Positions 1-8,476 of a DNA stretch of 54,777 nt are shown in pieces. The notes under the pieces are model-generated. The model had not been told where the DNA came from. It saw only the letters and a list, made by a program, of their open reading frames with translations, and did not search any database. The translations under genes were made by a program, and so were the position numbers. Origin of the DNA: a virus (Duplodnaviria > Caudoviricetes); IMG/VR virus record IMGVR_UViG_3300031972_003254, positions 1-54,777 of that record; one strand, given 5' to 3'. The number at the start of each line of letters is the position of its first letter. Positions within the stretch are counted from its first letter, which is position 1.

Positions 1-61
1 TCAGAGCCATGGCGGCCTGATGATCAACCGCCCGGCCGCACACGGAAATCCTGACAGTCCC
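1..61 (+). mobile_element. Right end of an IS256-family insertion sequence (possible last transposase codons plus terminal inverted repeat)
   Basis: 39-61 CACACGGAAATCCTGACAGTCCC (rc GGGACTGTCAGGATTTCCGTGTG) resembles IS256/ISRm3-type ends as I recall them; a + strand frame ends ...RAMAA* at 20; Dam similarity stops exactly at 62. Confidence 0.7.
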
Positions 62-255
62 AAGAGATTGACCAGTTCAGCGTCGAGATCGTTCCAAACT
101 TCGGCCGCCGCGCGCGGCTTTCGGAAGCCTACCGACCACGCACCGCCGAACGGCTCGACATAGACGCGGTGCGGCGGAAACTGCGAAATGATCCACGGCG
201 CGAGCAGCCACTTGCCGCCATGCCATCGCAGGATCGGGCGAGGCGGCGCACTCAT
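62..255 (-). pseudogene. DNA adenine methyltransferase (Dam/D12 class), N-terminal part, interrupted
   Basis: LRWHGGKWLLAPWI...YVEPFGG...EVWNDLDAELVNL is the typical Dam N-terminus with SAM-binding motif I; it runs into IS-end sequence and stops at 84 aa. Confidence 0.85.
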
Positions 256-569
256 CCCTGCGAGCCTCGTGCGCGGATGGCGGTGGCGATTGAACGGTAG
301 GTCGCGTTCTCGTGGTCAGTCGCCATCACTGGCTCAATCCACTTCTCAGCCACCCTCGCACACGCCTCCCGCTCGGCTTGCTCGGCGGCTGCAACGACAG
401 CTTCCACGGCCTCGATAATCCGACATGCCATCCAACCAATCGAACTGTCCTCTCGGTTGGCCTCCAGCCAAAGCGCGATATGATCCGCATTCGTGATGTT
501 CAGTTCGCGAGACAGGCGCTCGGTCTCCGCCAGCGCGGCGTCAATGGACTCCTGCGTTATCTCAACCAT
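252..569 (-). CDS. Hypothetical phage protein
   Basis: Overlaps both neighbours; EREACARVAE...IATAIRARG ending typical of phage early genes. Confidence 0.7.
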   Translation of the reverse strand: MVEITQESIDAALAETERLSRELNITNADHIALWLEANREDSSIGWMACRIIEAVEAVVAAAEQAEREACARVAEKWIEPVMATDHENATYRSIATAIRARGSQG

Positions 570-786
570 GGCTTTGTCCCCATGTTATGAAGTCGTCCGG
601 CAGCCAGGCATAAAGCCCGTAAGTCCCGTCCTGTATGTTCTCACACGGCTCCATGTCTTCGCCGTCGAGGACGGCACCGGCATCGGTCGCGAGAAAGATG
701 CGAGCGCCGCTCCCGTCCGAGTAGGTTGCGACGAAAGCCCCGCCCGGAGAGGGGTCGAATGAAAGCATGGAAAGCCATTCAACCAT
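562..786 (-). CDS. Hypothetical phage protein
   Basis: ATG at 786 preceded by AAGGAG; overlaps flanking genes. Confidence 0.6.
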   Translation of the reverse strand: MVEWLSMLSFDPSPGGAFVATYSDGSGARIFLATDAGAVLDGEDMEPCENIQDGTYGLYAWLPDDFITWGQSHG

Positions 787-997
787 GGCCGGTCTCCTTT
801 GCAGGTGGGGTGGGGAGAGGCATCCAGCCTGCGAAGCAATGATCGGCCATCCCGCCATGTCCGGGGTAGAGCGACCAGCCCATGTCATACCCGTCATTCA
901 CGCCCTCGTGGCGGATATCGACCATGCGACCAAGCGCGGCCTCGATCCCGGTCGATGCGCCGCCGCCGCCGGCGAAGTTGTCGACGAGGAGCCCCAT
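779..997 (-). pseudogene. Chimeric remnant: first ~28 aa of a C5-cytosine methyltransferase fused to a DUF551-like C-terminus
   Basis: MGLLVDNFAGGGGASTGIEAALGRMVDI (C5-MTase motif I), then unrelated sequence ending GWMPLPTPP; no PC catalytic motif. Confidence 0.7.
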
Positions 998-1581
998 CAC
1001 CCCTCCCCTTCGCTGGCAGGGGCTGTCCGGGCGGGCCATGCGCCCCAACCAACCGCCACCTTGTCCTCAGTTGGATGCTTATCGGTGCGCGGTCTGCCCG
1101 GCGTGTCCCAGCTGCGGCCCTTTACCCACCATAGCTTTCGCCATTGGCATGCCCGGACAGACGCACCGCCGATCCGCTTCCACTCGGGAGCGCGGGACAA
1201 ACGGTCATCATCGGCATCGCTTTGTGCTGTAATCATCTCGCCGGTCACGCGATGCTCGAAGCGTGCCCATTCGCTTGCGAGCAAATAGGTCAAGCCACGC
1301 CGGTATCCTTTCGCTCTCGCTGCTTTTTCGGTCGCGGCATAGAGTTTCGACGGCGCATTCGGCGTGGTGTCTGTGCAGCAGCGGGTGATTTCGCACGTCA
1401 GCCCGTCATCGATGGCGCGCGCGACCGGCCTGCCGACGACTGCAATGCCGACCAAGTCCCCGTCATCGTCATGCATACCGTGAAGCCAGAGAAACCCTAC
1501 TGGCCAGCCATGATGCCGGTGATGCTGCCTTACGAAGGCGCGGCCCTCGTCGCGCGTCACCGGACGAAGGTCGACGCTCAT
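997..1581 (-). CDS. XF1762-family (Mom-like, GNAT-fold) protein
   Basis: HHRHH, GIAVVGRPVARAIDDGLTCEITRCCTD, NAPSKLY, ARAKGYRRGLTYLLASE, GASVRA motifs; ATG 1581 overlaps upstream stop (ATGA). Confidence 0.8.
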   Translation of the reverse strand: MSVDLRPVTRDEGRAFVRQHHRHHGWPVGFLWLHGMHDDDGDLVGIAVVGRPVARAIDDGLTCEITRCCTDTTPNAPSKLYAATEKAARAKGYRRGLTYLLASEWARFEHRVTGEMITAQSDADDDRLSRAPEWKRIGGASVRACQWRKLWWVKGRSWDTPGRPRTDKHPTEDKVAVGWGAWPARTAPASEGEG

Positions 1582-1832
1582 GCCGCGTTCCCTTTGGTTT
1601 TGGCTTCGATCAGCCGCGCGAGGTCCTCCACGGTGTCGGCGCGCCACAATTCGGTGTCGCCGATGGTGATCGCGTGCTCGTCTTCGAGGTTCATCGCCAG
1701 CAAGACGATCTCGTCGGAGCGCAGGTCCAGGTCGCGCTTGAGCGACGAGCATGCATCGGCGCGCCGCGCCGCAGCGGGGCTGATCGCCGCGATGGCGGCG
1801 GTGGCGGCGGTGATGAGGGCGGGATCAGCCAT
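1578..1832 (-). CDS. Acyl-carrier-protein-like protein
   Basis: DLDLRSDEIVLLAMNLEDEHAITIGDTELWRADTVEDLARLI aligns without gaps to ACP [42 protein letters not shown]; Ser39 occupies the phosphopantetheine position. Confidence 0.75.
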   Translation of the reverse strand: MADPALITAATAAIAAISPAAARRADACSSLKRDLDLRSDEIVLLAMNLEDEHAITIGDTELWRADTVEDLARLIEAKTKGNAA

Positions 1833-1859
1833 TGGCTTTCTTTCCCTGGTCGCGGGTCA

Positions 1860-2588
1860 TCAGCCCTCTCCCTCAGGCAGGACATCATCGCCGATGGATT
1901 TCACCGCCGTGGCGAAGCGCTCGCCGCCATATCCGTCACGGCACAGTTCCAGCACCTGGTCGAGCGGCAAGACCTCGGTGTCGGGATCGACGCCCCGAGC
2001 GCGCAGCCCTTCGCGCAGGCCACTCTCGCAGGCACCGGTCAGCAACCGATAGTCGTTGAACGTCACTGTCCCGCGCTCGCGGATAGTGGCCACGAGTTCT
2101 TCGGGATCGAAATCCACCTGCGCTATCTTGAACCGCAGGTCGCGCAATGCCTGTTCAGCCGTCTCGCCATGCGCCGAGTAGCCGCCTTCGGTCGCCACGA
2201 AGCAGCGCTTATCGGTCTCAAGGTTGCCCTTGAAATATTGAGCCGACCACAGTTCAGCCTCGCCCATCATTCGCTTCGAGATCAGCCGCATCGCATAGCC
2301 ATCGACAGTGCGGAGCCGGATGCGTTTTTCCTGATAGGGCTGTTCTTCATCGGTCAGGCTGCCGAGGTAGAGGTTGCGGCCCGCCGAGATGGTGACGCCC
2401 TCGGGCAGCGCGGTCAGGCTGCCGAGGTAGAGGTAGCCGCCCGCCGAGATGGTGACGCCCTCGGGCAGCGCGGTCAGGCTGCCGAGGTAGAGGTTGCCGC
2501 CCGCCGAGATGGTGTTCCTGTTTTGTGTGAAATCGTAGCCCTGTGCCGTGAGGTAAGCGCAGAGCGATTCTATGGTCTCGATTTTCAT
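1860..2588 (-). CDS. Phage protein with short LRR-like 20-aa repeats and conserved C-terminal domain (alternative start 2627)
   Basis: TISAGGNLYLGSLTALPEGV x~2.7, then SAHGETAEQALRDLRFK...YRLLTGACESG; RBS GGAAGGACAGG. Confidence 0.8.
   Translation of the reverse strand: MKIETIESLCAYLTAQGYDFTQNRNTISAGGNLYLGSLTALPEGVTISAGGYLYLGSLTALPEGVTISAGRNLYLGSLTDEEQPYQEKRIRLRTVDGYAMRLISKRMMGEAELWSAQYFKGNLETDKRCFVATEGGYSAHGETAEQALRDLRFKIAQVDFDPEELVATIRERGTVTFNDYRLLTGACESGLREGLRARGVDPDTEVLPLDQVLELCRDGYGGERFATAVKSIGDDVLPEGEG
2351..2514. repeat. Tandem 60-bp repeat, ~2.7 copies
   Basis: Units start at 2351, 2411 and 2471; identical except within one 10-mer (aggttgcggc / aggtagccgc / aggttgccgc). Confidence 0.95.
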
Positions 2589-2626
2589 TTCCTGTCCTTC
2601 CGAGAGGATGTAGCGGAGCGCGCGCA

Positions 2627-2833
2627 TCAGGCGGCCCCCATCCACAGCGCCGCGCCGATGACGGCAGCGACAAGCGCAAGACCCGCGAGGGCGACCCCTG
2701 CCCGCCTGGGCGAGCGGTCATCGTCCATCGGCTGGATCGGCCCGTAGGTTGCCCGGCGCTGGTCAGCGTCGGACCATGCGCGCGGCAGGACCGAGCGGTC
2801 GGGGCGCTGCGTGGTGTGGTAGCGATAGCTCAT
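2627..2833 (-). CDS. Small protein with C-terminal transmembrane helix
   Basis: Hydrophobic C-terminus AGVALAGLALVAAVIGAALWMGAA; tight spacing in operon. Confidence 0.65.
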   Translation of the reverse strand: MSYRYHTTQRPDRSVLPRAWSDADQRRATYGPIQPMDDDRSPRRAGVALAGLALVAAVIGAALWMGAA

Positions 2834-2835
2834 GG

Positions 2836-3240
2836 TCAGAACCGCCCTATGCAGTCCGGACAGTCGCAGTCCGGATCGTGAGCATCCTCCTCGTCGCCCG
2901 CCGCAGCGGAGAGGAACGATGGAAGTTCTTCGCTGGAAGGCAGCGCGACCGGAGGCACGACGGCAGCCACGCTCGGCGGAAGCTGATAGGTCTGCTGCGG
3001 GCGGCGCGCGTAGGCGGTCGCCGCGTCGCAGGGCGTGAACTGGTAGATCGAGCCGCCGCCCAGCAGGACCGGGCCGAGCATGACCTGCCCGAACAGCGGT
3101 TCTACCTGCAGCATCTTGGTGCCGAACCTCTCGACCTCGGCAACTCTGCCGACGAGCGTGCGATGCCCCAGCGCTTCGACGATAGCGTACTCGCCTGCGG
3201 GCATGTCCGAGACGGTGTTGATAAGGATGGCGTCAGTCAT
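2836..3240 (-). CDS. Conserved phage protein with C-terminal Cys cluster
   Basis: YAIVEALGHRTLVGRVAEVERFG...GGGSIYQFTP family motif; HDPDCDCPDC tail; start 3240 or 3249. Confidence 0.75.
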   Translation of the reverse strand: MTDAILINTVSDMPAGEYAIVEALGHRTLVGRVAEVERFGTKMLQVEPLFGQVMLGPVLLGGGSIYQFTPCDAATAYARRPQQTYQLPPSVAAVVPPVALPSSEELPSFLSAAAGDEEDAHDPDCDCPDCIGRF

Positions 3241-3613
3241 CGTCGCCATCCTCGGCTTTCGCAGACGCCCACTCGGTGCCTTTGCCGTGTGCGGCGCACC
3301 CGCCGTTGTCGCCCCACACCTTGGAGCAGGTGCAGCGCGGCATGACTTCGGGCATCGGCCCCGGACCATCGGCGAGCCACTTGTCGGCCATCGGCTTCTC
3401 CGCAGCGGCTGGCGAGTCGACCTCGGCGAAGTCGCGATCCGCGCGCAGGAAGTGAACGCCGTCCGCCGCATGTGCGAGCGCGGCAGCAGCATCGAGGCTG
3501 GACGATGCGACGAACCGGTCATTGATGAGCGCATTGATCGCCCCGGCCGGACGGTCGGCCTCGACCATGACCTTCGTGTCGCACTGCGTATCGGTGATGA
3601 GATAGACGGGCAT
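3233..3613 (-). CDS. Hypothetical phage protein
   Basis: RBS GAGGA before ATG; operon position; CTC...CAAH possible metal site. Confidence 0.7.
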   Translation of the reverse strand: MPVYLITDTQCDTKVMVEADRPAGAINALINDRFVASSSLDAAAALAHAADGVHFLRADRDFAEVDSPAAAEKPMADKWLADGPGPMPEVMPRCTCSKVWGDNGGCAAHGKGTEWASAKAEDGDDD

Positions 3614-3690
3614 CGGGGGTGTTCCTCTTCGGGGAAGCTAAGGCCATCCTCGGGGTGCGCCGGAAGACGGCGGCGCACCCTCCGGGGGCG

Positions 3691-5013
3691 TCAGCCGTCC
3701 TGCTGTGCCTTCTCGGCCTGCTTGGGCTTCGAGGGGAACTTCTTGCGCGCAGCAGCGGCTGCCTTCTCCAGCTCCGCCTGCACCGCATCCGGAAACCCGG
3801 CCATGTGGCGCACAAGCGTCTCGTCCGTCCGGGCGACATCCCTGGGGGTTTCGGCAAGGTTGAAGCCGTCGAGGATTTCCCGGCGTCGTTCAGCCCATGG
3901 AGCGCCCCGGTAAGGGTCCTTTCCGGCGTCGTCCGAAATCGGCTCCTGCTGCTCCTCGCCGTGCTGCTCGTCGGTGCGCCCCTCGGCGGCAGACGGATTG
4001 TCCTCGTCGAGCGTGCCGTCGTTGGCCTCGTTGCCCGCATCGAGGGCGCGGGCGGTTTCCTCGTCGACCTCGGTCATGCCGCGGCTGTCGCGCTGTTCGG
4101 CGACTTCGCCGGTTTCGGGGTCATGGCTGGGCTGATTGTCCTGATCGTCGTCGGACAATTCGCCCCGCCCCGGCAGCGTCACCGGGCCCGTCGGTTCCGT
4201 GGCGAGATAAGCGGCAGCGCTGTCAGCGGCGCGCTCGGATTCCATATCCCGCTCGATAGCCTGCAGCACGTCGCCGCTCATGGGCAGGACCTTGGAGTGA
4301 CGGCGCAGGACCGTCTTGCGGGCCATCTCGCCGAACCAGTCGACCCAAGGGCCCTTGGGCTGAATAGGCGTGCCATCCCTCTTCTTCTTGCCGAGCGCGC
4401 CGGTCTGGCTGGACTGGCGGACCTGATCGATCTCCGCCCGGCGCATGACCTCGACCGACCAATACGGATCGCCCCCGAACTCGTTCTTGAGCTTGGCGAT
4501 AGAGTAGGCCGCGACGATCTTGTCGTCGGTCGTTTCCTCGATCGAGAGCAGCAGGTTCGGGCGGTAGCGGATCGGCGGCTCGAGGCCGACTTCGTAGAGG
4601 AAGTGGCCGCTTTCGAGGTCGGCGTGATAGACCACGCCGGTTTCGATGCTGATGACTTCGCCCGACTGCAGGATTTTCTTCCTGAGACCGTAGACCATCG
4701 GCATCGGCTGGACTTGCCAGATTTCGCCGCTCTGCCTGCTCCATGTCTTGAACGGCACGAGCGCGGCTTCGCGTCCGTCGGGGATAAGGCCGTCCTGGGC
4801 CAGCTTCATCGCGGCGAGCAGGAACGACTGGCGGTCGCAATGGAGAAGCTGCGGGTTCTGGATTGCGGCGGTCGCCACCACGCGCTGGAACTTCTCCGGC
4901 GTGATGTGCTGCGGCAGAACCATGCGGAACTCATCGGCGCGCCTAGTGAGCTGGTTCTTGAGGGCGTCTATGGGATCGCGCTCGCGGCGCGGTTCGAGGG
5001 CGGTGGAAGCCAT
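3691..5013 (-). CDS. recT: RecT-family single-strand annealing protein with long acidic tail
   Basis: LPQHITPEKFQRV...NPQLLHCDRQSFLLAAMKLAQDGLIPDGREAALVPF...PWVDWFGEMARKTVLRRHSKVLP. Confidence 0.92.
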   Translation of the reverse strand: MASTALEPRRERDPIDALKNQLTRRADEFRMVLPQHITPEKFQRVVATAAIQNPQLLHCDRQSFLLAAMKLAQDGLIPDGREAALVPFKTWSRQSGEIWQVQPMPMVYGLRKKILQSGEVISIETGVVYHADLESGHFLYEVGLEPPIRYRPNLLLSIEETTDDKIVAAYSIAKLKNEFGGDPYWSVEVMRRAEIDQVRQSSQTGALGKKKRDGTPIQPKGPWVDWFGEMARKTVLRRHSKVLPMSGDVLQAIERDMESERAADSAAAYLATEPTGPVTLPGRGELSDDDQDNQPSHDPETGEVAEQRDSRGMTEVDEETARALDAGNEANDGTLDEDNPSAAEGRTDEQHGEEQQEPISDDAGKDPYRGAPWAERRREILDGFNLAETPRDVARTDETLVRHMAGFPDAVQAELEKAAAAARKKFPSKPKQAEKAQQDG

Positions 5014-5018
5014 GGGCC

Positions 5019-5597
5019 TTACCTTTCCATGCTCTTGAGGTGGAAGAAGATGCGCGCAGCGGCGTCGCAGTCCGGGCGCGCGCGGTGCGCGCCCGAGTGA
5101 TCCTCGTCGAAGTAGTGCCTCACCGCCTCGGTCAGGCTTGGCCACTTCCAGTCGGTTTCGAAGCGTGGCTTCGCCTTGAGAATGCGGCAATGCGAGGTGG
5201 ACGAGCGCATGGTGCAGAACGTCGGGCGGGTGTTTTCCCACTTCTCGCCGGTCAGCCGCGCACCCATGATCCGCATGAGGCGAATATCGAAGCTGACGTT
5301 GTGGCCCACGACGATCTCGACCGTGCGCAGCACCTCTTCGAAGTTGGCAAAGACGTTCGCGGGCGCGATGCCTTCGTCGCGGGCGCGCTCGGTCGTGATG
5401 CCGTGCAGCGCCGCAACCTCATCGGGAATGACGACGCCGTCTCCGGGATTGATGATGGCGTCGAACCGCTCGATCTCGGCGAAGTCCGCCCCGTAGAGGG
5501 TCCACGCGATGTCTACGACATGCGGCTGATCGGGATGATCGCTCGGTTCCTTCCACAAGGGCAGGCCTGTCGTCTCGGTATCGAATACAAGGTACAT
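5019..5597 (-). CDS. DEDDh 3'-5' exonuclease (DnaQ-like)
   Basis: ExoI VFDTETTG, ExoII GHNVSFD, ExoIII AHRARPD. Confidence 0.92.
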   Translation of the reverse strand: MYLVFDTETTGLPLWKEPSDHPDQPHVVDIAWTLYGADFAEIERFDAIINPGDGVVIPDEVAALHGITTERARDEGIAPANVFANFEEVLRTVEIVVGHNVSFDIRLMRIMGARLTGEKWENTRPTFCTMRSSTSHCRILKAKPRFETDWKWPSLTEAVRHYFDEDHSGAHRARPDCDAAARIFFHLKSMER

Positions 5598-5628
5598 GGA
5601 GTGGTGCCTTTCAGGCTGGGGCGGGGGA

Positions 5629-6486
5629 TCAGCGGAAGCTCGCCTTGGCGACCGGCCAGATGCGCACGCCGGGCATCTCGCGCTTGCCCGCCTTCACGAG
5701 GCGCTGGACGGCCTTGTCGATCTCGGCGCGAACCTTCGGATCGTCCTTCACGGCGCGGAACGCCTTGGAATAATCCTCGACCTGGCTGGTCCACTCCTGC
5801 CGCCCGGAGACGGCGGCACCGGCATCGGAGCGGACAGGCTCCACCTTGCGCTGCTGCGCGGCTGCAAGCGCCGCTTCGGACATCGCTTCCTCGGACGCCT
5901 TGCGCAGGGCTTCGGCGCGCTCCTCGGCTTCGGCACGCTCGGCGGCGCTGGTCGATTCCTTTGCAGCCCGCTCGGCAGCGCGCTCCGCTTCGAGGCGTTC
6001 GCGCTCGGCGGTCGCAGCCCGCTCGGCAGCGGCACGCTCCTCGGCCTGCTGGCGTTCGCGTTCGGCGCGAAGGCGGGCCTCGCGTTTAGCGACATAGTCG
6101 TTGCCGATGGCCTCGGCGCGCCGCTTGGCGTCCTCCACACGGTCTACCAGCGCGTTGCGCTCGGCGTCGACAAGACGTCCGGCCTCCAGATGCGGGGCCT
6201 TCACCACCTTGTGCGTCTCGGTGACGTGCTTGATGAGCGCGCGGTAGATGTTGACGAGGTCGCCCAGCTTGCCGAGAGCCTCGTCATCGGTGACGACGAC
6301 CCGGTCGGCCGATGCAACTGCGCCTTCCAGCTTCTCCATGAACTCGGGGCGATCCGCCAGCAGCGCGGCGCGGAACTCTGCCGGAATCAGTTCCTCGAGC
6401 GGGGGCTTGTTGTGCCCCATGCCGCCGCGCGCGGCCTTGGCCTCGGGCCATGCCGGCACGTCGTCGAATACGGGTTTGGTAGCCAT
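5629..6486 (-). CDS. Coiled-coil phage protein (GHNKPP-motif family, recombination-module associated)
   Basis: GMGHNKPP, long E/A/R helix, C-terminal REMPGVRIW; RBS GAAGGAG. Confidence 0.75.
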   Translation of the reverse strand: MATKPVFDDVPAWPEAKAARGGMGHNKPPLEELIPAEFRAALLADRPEFMEKLEGAVASADRVVVTDDEALGKLGDLVNIYRALIKHVTETHKVVKAPHLEAGRLVDAERNALVDRVEDAKRRAEAIGNDYVAKREARLRAERERQQAEERAAAERAATAERERLEAERAAERAAKESTSAAERAEAEERAEALRKASEEAMSEAALAAAQQRKVEPVRSDAGAAVSGRQEWTSQVEDYSKAFRAVKDDPKVRAEIDKAVQRLVKAGKREMPGVRIWPVAKASFR

Positions 6487-6506
6487 TGGGGCGTCTCCTT
6501 CGGGGG

Positions 6507-6905
6507 TCAGAATGGCAGGGGGTTTCGGGTGTCGAGCGGGTCGTAGCGGCGACCGCCACCCACCCAGGCGCTGTCCGGCGCGTGCTTGCGCGCCCAATCC
6601 TGCCGCGCGAGCATGTAGCGGTACTCTTCCTCGCTCAGCGGATCGGTGGCGCAGGCAGGCCAGACGCGGTCGAAGTCGACCGGCTCGCCGTTGAAAGTGG
6701 CCTGCCACCGGTGCGAGCGGTCAAGCTCCTCGCCGGTGACAGGATCGTGCGGAGGTCCGTGCCAGATCCTGACGGCACCCTTCACGGTGCTGGCGCCGAG
6801 CCGGAAACGGAAGAAGCCCGCCTCCGGCTCGGACACGGCAACCGAGGGTCCGCCCGTCAGCCGGACGGTGCTCCGCTCGGAATAGTTGAGCGACTTGCGG
6901 GTCAC
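6507..6905 (-). CDS. Conserved hypothetical phage protein
   Basis: GTG start overlapping upstream stop (GTGA); AVRIWHGPPHDPVTGEELDRSHRWQA motif. Confidence 0.75.
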   Translation of the reverse strand: MTRKSLNYSERSTVRLTGGPSVAVSEPEAGFFRFRLGASTVKGAVRIWHGPPHDPVTGEELDRSHRWQATFNGEPVDFDRVWPACATDPLSEEEYRYMLARQDWARKHAPDSAWVGGGRRYDPLDTRNPLPF

Positions 6906-7036
6906 AGATCGCCCCGCTGAACCATCCGCTCGAACACGAATTCGAGCAGGTCGAGATAGTTGTCGAACACCACATGCCTGCCGTCGGTGAGGCGCAGGCG
7001 CAGCAAGGGCGAGGCTGGTTGCGAGACGGGGGGCAT
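6902..7036 (-). CDS. Small hypothetical protein (44 aa)
   Basis: Coupled at both ends (TGATG / GTGA). Confidence 0.5.
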   Translation of the reverse strand: MPPVSQPASPLLRLRLTDGRHVVFDNYLDLLEFVFERMVQRGDL

Positions 7037-7275
7037 CAGTCGCGCTCCCCGTTCTCGCGGTCCTCGCGCAGGCCGGTGAGCATCGCCGCGATGACGATGC
7101 CCGTGGCAAGGCCAGAAAAGCCGACCAGCGCGAAAAGAGCCATGGCTGCGACCCAAGGGCTCTCGTGGACGAATGCCTGCAGCGCGGCCGAACGGGCGAA
7201 GCCGCTGGCGATGCGCTCGAACAAGTAGAGGAACACGGCCATGCAGGCGGCGGGCGGAGCGATGCGGCGGATCAT
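7036..7275 (-). CDS. Small membrane protein
   Basis: Two hydrophobic segments; ATGA coupling. Confidence 0.6.
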   Translation of the reverse strand: MIRRIAPPAACMAVFLYLFERIASGFARSAALQAFVHESPWVAAMALFALVGFSGLATGIVIAAMLTGLREDRENGERD

Positions 7276-7742
7276 GACGGACGCCGCTCAGGCTGGACGT
7301 CGAAGTCGCCGATGCCGCGCCCGATACGGGTATATGTCGTATCTGCGCGGCCCTCGCGGCGAATACGGACCTCGCGGACGTCGGTCCACGGGATCAGCTC
7401 GGTCCCCGCATAGAACAGCGTCGAGATGCCGAATTCATCGACGCCGCGAATGTCGGCATCGTATCGGCGAGCACCCGGGTAGCGAATGTCGACCCAAGCG
7501 GTAGGCTCTTTCAGGTACCCCCGCTCGTCGCGATCGCCGTTGTTGCGAGCGCCAACGAAAGGAGCGAGTGCCTCCATGATCTCGAGCAGGATGGCAGGGT
7601 TGCCGCGCCCGCCCGCTGCATCAGCGGGCGCGGTAGTCAGGCTGGAACGCTCGGCGTGCGGGGGGCGAGACGCGAGCTTGGGGCGGAAAGCAGCGACAGC
7701 CGGGGGAACCGGTTGTCCGTCGATCTTCTTCGAGGAATGCAC
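7272..7742 (-). CDS. Hypothetical protein, first gene of leftward early operon (start uncertain)
   Basis: Protein-like C-terminal ~100 aa; stop overlaps next start. Confidence 0.55.
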   Translation of the reverse strand: MHSSKKIDGQPVPPAVAAFRPKLASRPPHAERSSLTTAPADAAGGRGNPAILLEIMEALAPFVGARNNGDRDERGYLKEPTAWVDIRYPGARRYDADIRGVDEFGISTLFYAGTELIPWTDVREVRIRREGRADTTYTRIGRGIGDFDVQPERRPS

Positions 7743-7772
7743 GATAACGGTCTCCGAACCATGTCGGAAGCC

Positions 7773-7826
7773 GTTCTATGTCCGTTTAGGACAAAACGTC
7801 AATACCCGTTTTGTCTCATTGCGACA
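7773..7826 (-). promoter_or_regulatory. Leftward early promoter (PL-like) with two TGTC-N7-GACA operators
   Basis: -35 TTGACG (7802-7797), plausible -10 CATAGA/TAGAAC 16-18 nt downstream; operators 7779-7793 and 7812-7826. Confidence 0.7.
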
Positions 7827-7836
7827 TTATCGCCGC

Positions 7837-8451
7837 TTAGAGTTCCTGCCCCACGTAAACGACCCGTCCGATCACCACGAACGGCTCTGCCCCGAGCGTC
7901 ATGTCCTTGTGCTCGGGATTCGTCGAGCAAGGGCACAGGCGCATGGGATCGGCGCGGAACTGCTTGAAGTTGGTTTCGCCCTCGGCATTGGCGAGAGCAT
8001 AGTATTTGCGGTCGACAAGTTCGCGGTCGTCAGGATCGACAACGATGAACCCTCCGTCGCGAACAATCAGGTCCATGGAATCGCCAGACGGCCTCAAGGC
8101 GAACAAACGCTCGCCTTTAAGGTGCCCCGGCACAGCGAGCGTTTCATCACTCATCTCTATCGCCTCTCGCCAATTACCGGCAGAAATCTGCCCTGCAACG
8201 GGGATAAGACGAACAGGGTTAACAACATATTGTTCAAATATCTGCTCGGGCGGAACCCCCAGCGCGCGCGTGATGTCGTTGATGTAGTCGAGCGACAGGG
8301 CCATGCGCCCGCTCTCCAGCTTCGCGATCGTGCTGGCCGTAAGCTCGCTGTCCATCCGCGCCCCAAGCTCCTCCAGGGTGAGCCCGGCGGACTTGCGGAG
8401 TTCCTTGATACGGTTCGGGGCATAGCGGCGCGGTGTCTTCATGAGGGACAT
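7837..8451 (-). CDS. cI: CI-like repressor (XRE HTH plus S24 peptidase)
   Basis: NRIKELRKSAGLTLEELG...TIAKLESG HTH; SAG cleavage site; GDSMD catalytic Ser; NFKQ Lys. Confidence 0.93.
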   Translation of the reverse strand: MSLMKTPRRYAPNRIKELRKSAGLTLEELGARMDSELTASTIAKLESGRMALSLDYINDITRALGVPPEQIFEQYVVNPVRLIPVAGQISAGNWREAIEMSDETLAVPGHLKGERLFALRPSGDSMDLIVRDGGFIVVDPDDRELVDRKYYALANAEGETNFKQFRADPMRLCPCSTNPEHKDMTLGAEPFVVIGRVVYVGQEL

Positions 8452-8476
8452 TTAGCGCACCCCTCCTAGCGGCTCA

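Noticed and set aside
2351-2514. 60-bp repeats as a CRISPR array or DGR template/variable pair
   Set aside because: No unique spacers, in-frame coding repeats, no cas or reverse transcriptase gene, and differences not confined to adenines
3619-5100. 493-aa + strand ORF (and similar long antisense ORFs such as 17521-18963, 22580-24364, 38567-40651, 44789-47026, 50967-53201)
   Set aside because: Shadow frames opposite well-supported high-GC genes, with no recognisable motifs
8434-8450. TGTC...GACA at the cI start as another operator
   Set aside because: Spacer is 9 nt rather than 7, so not counted
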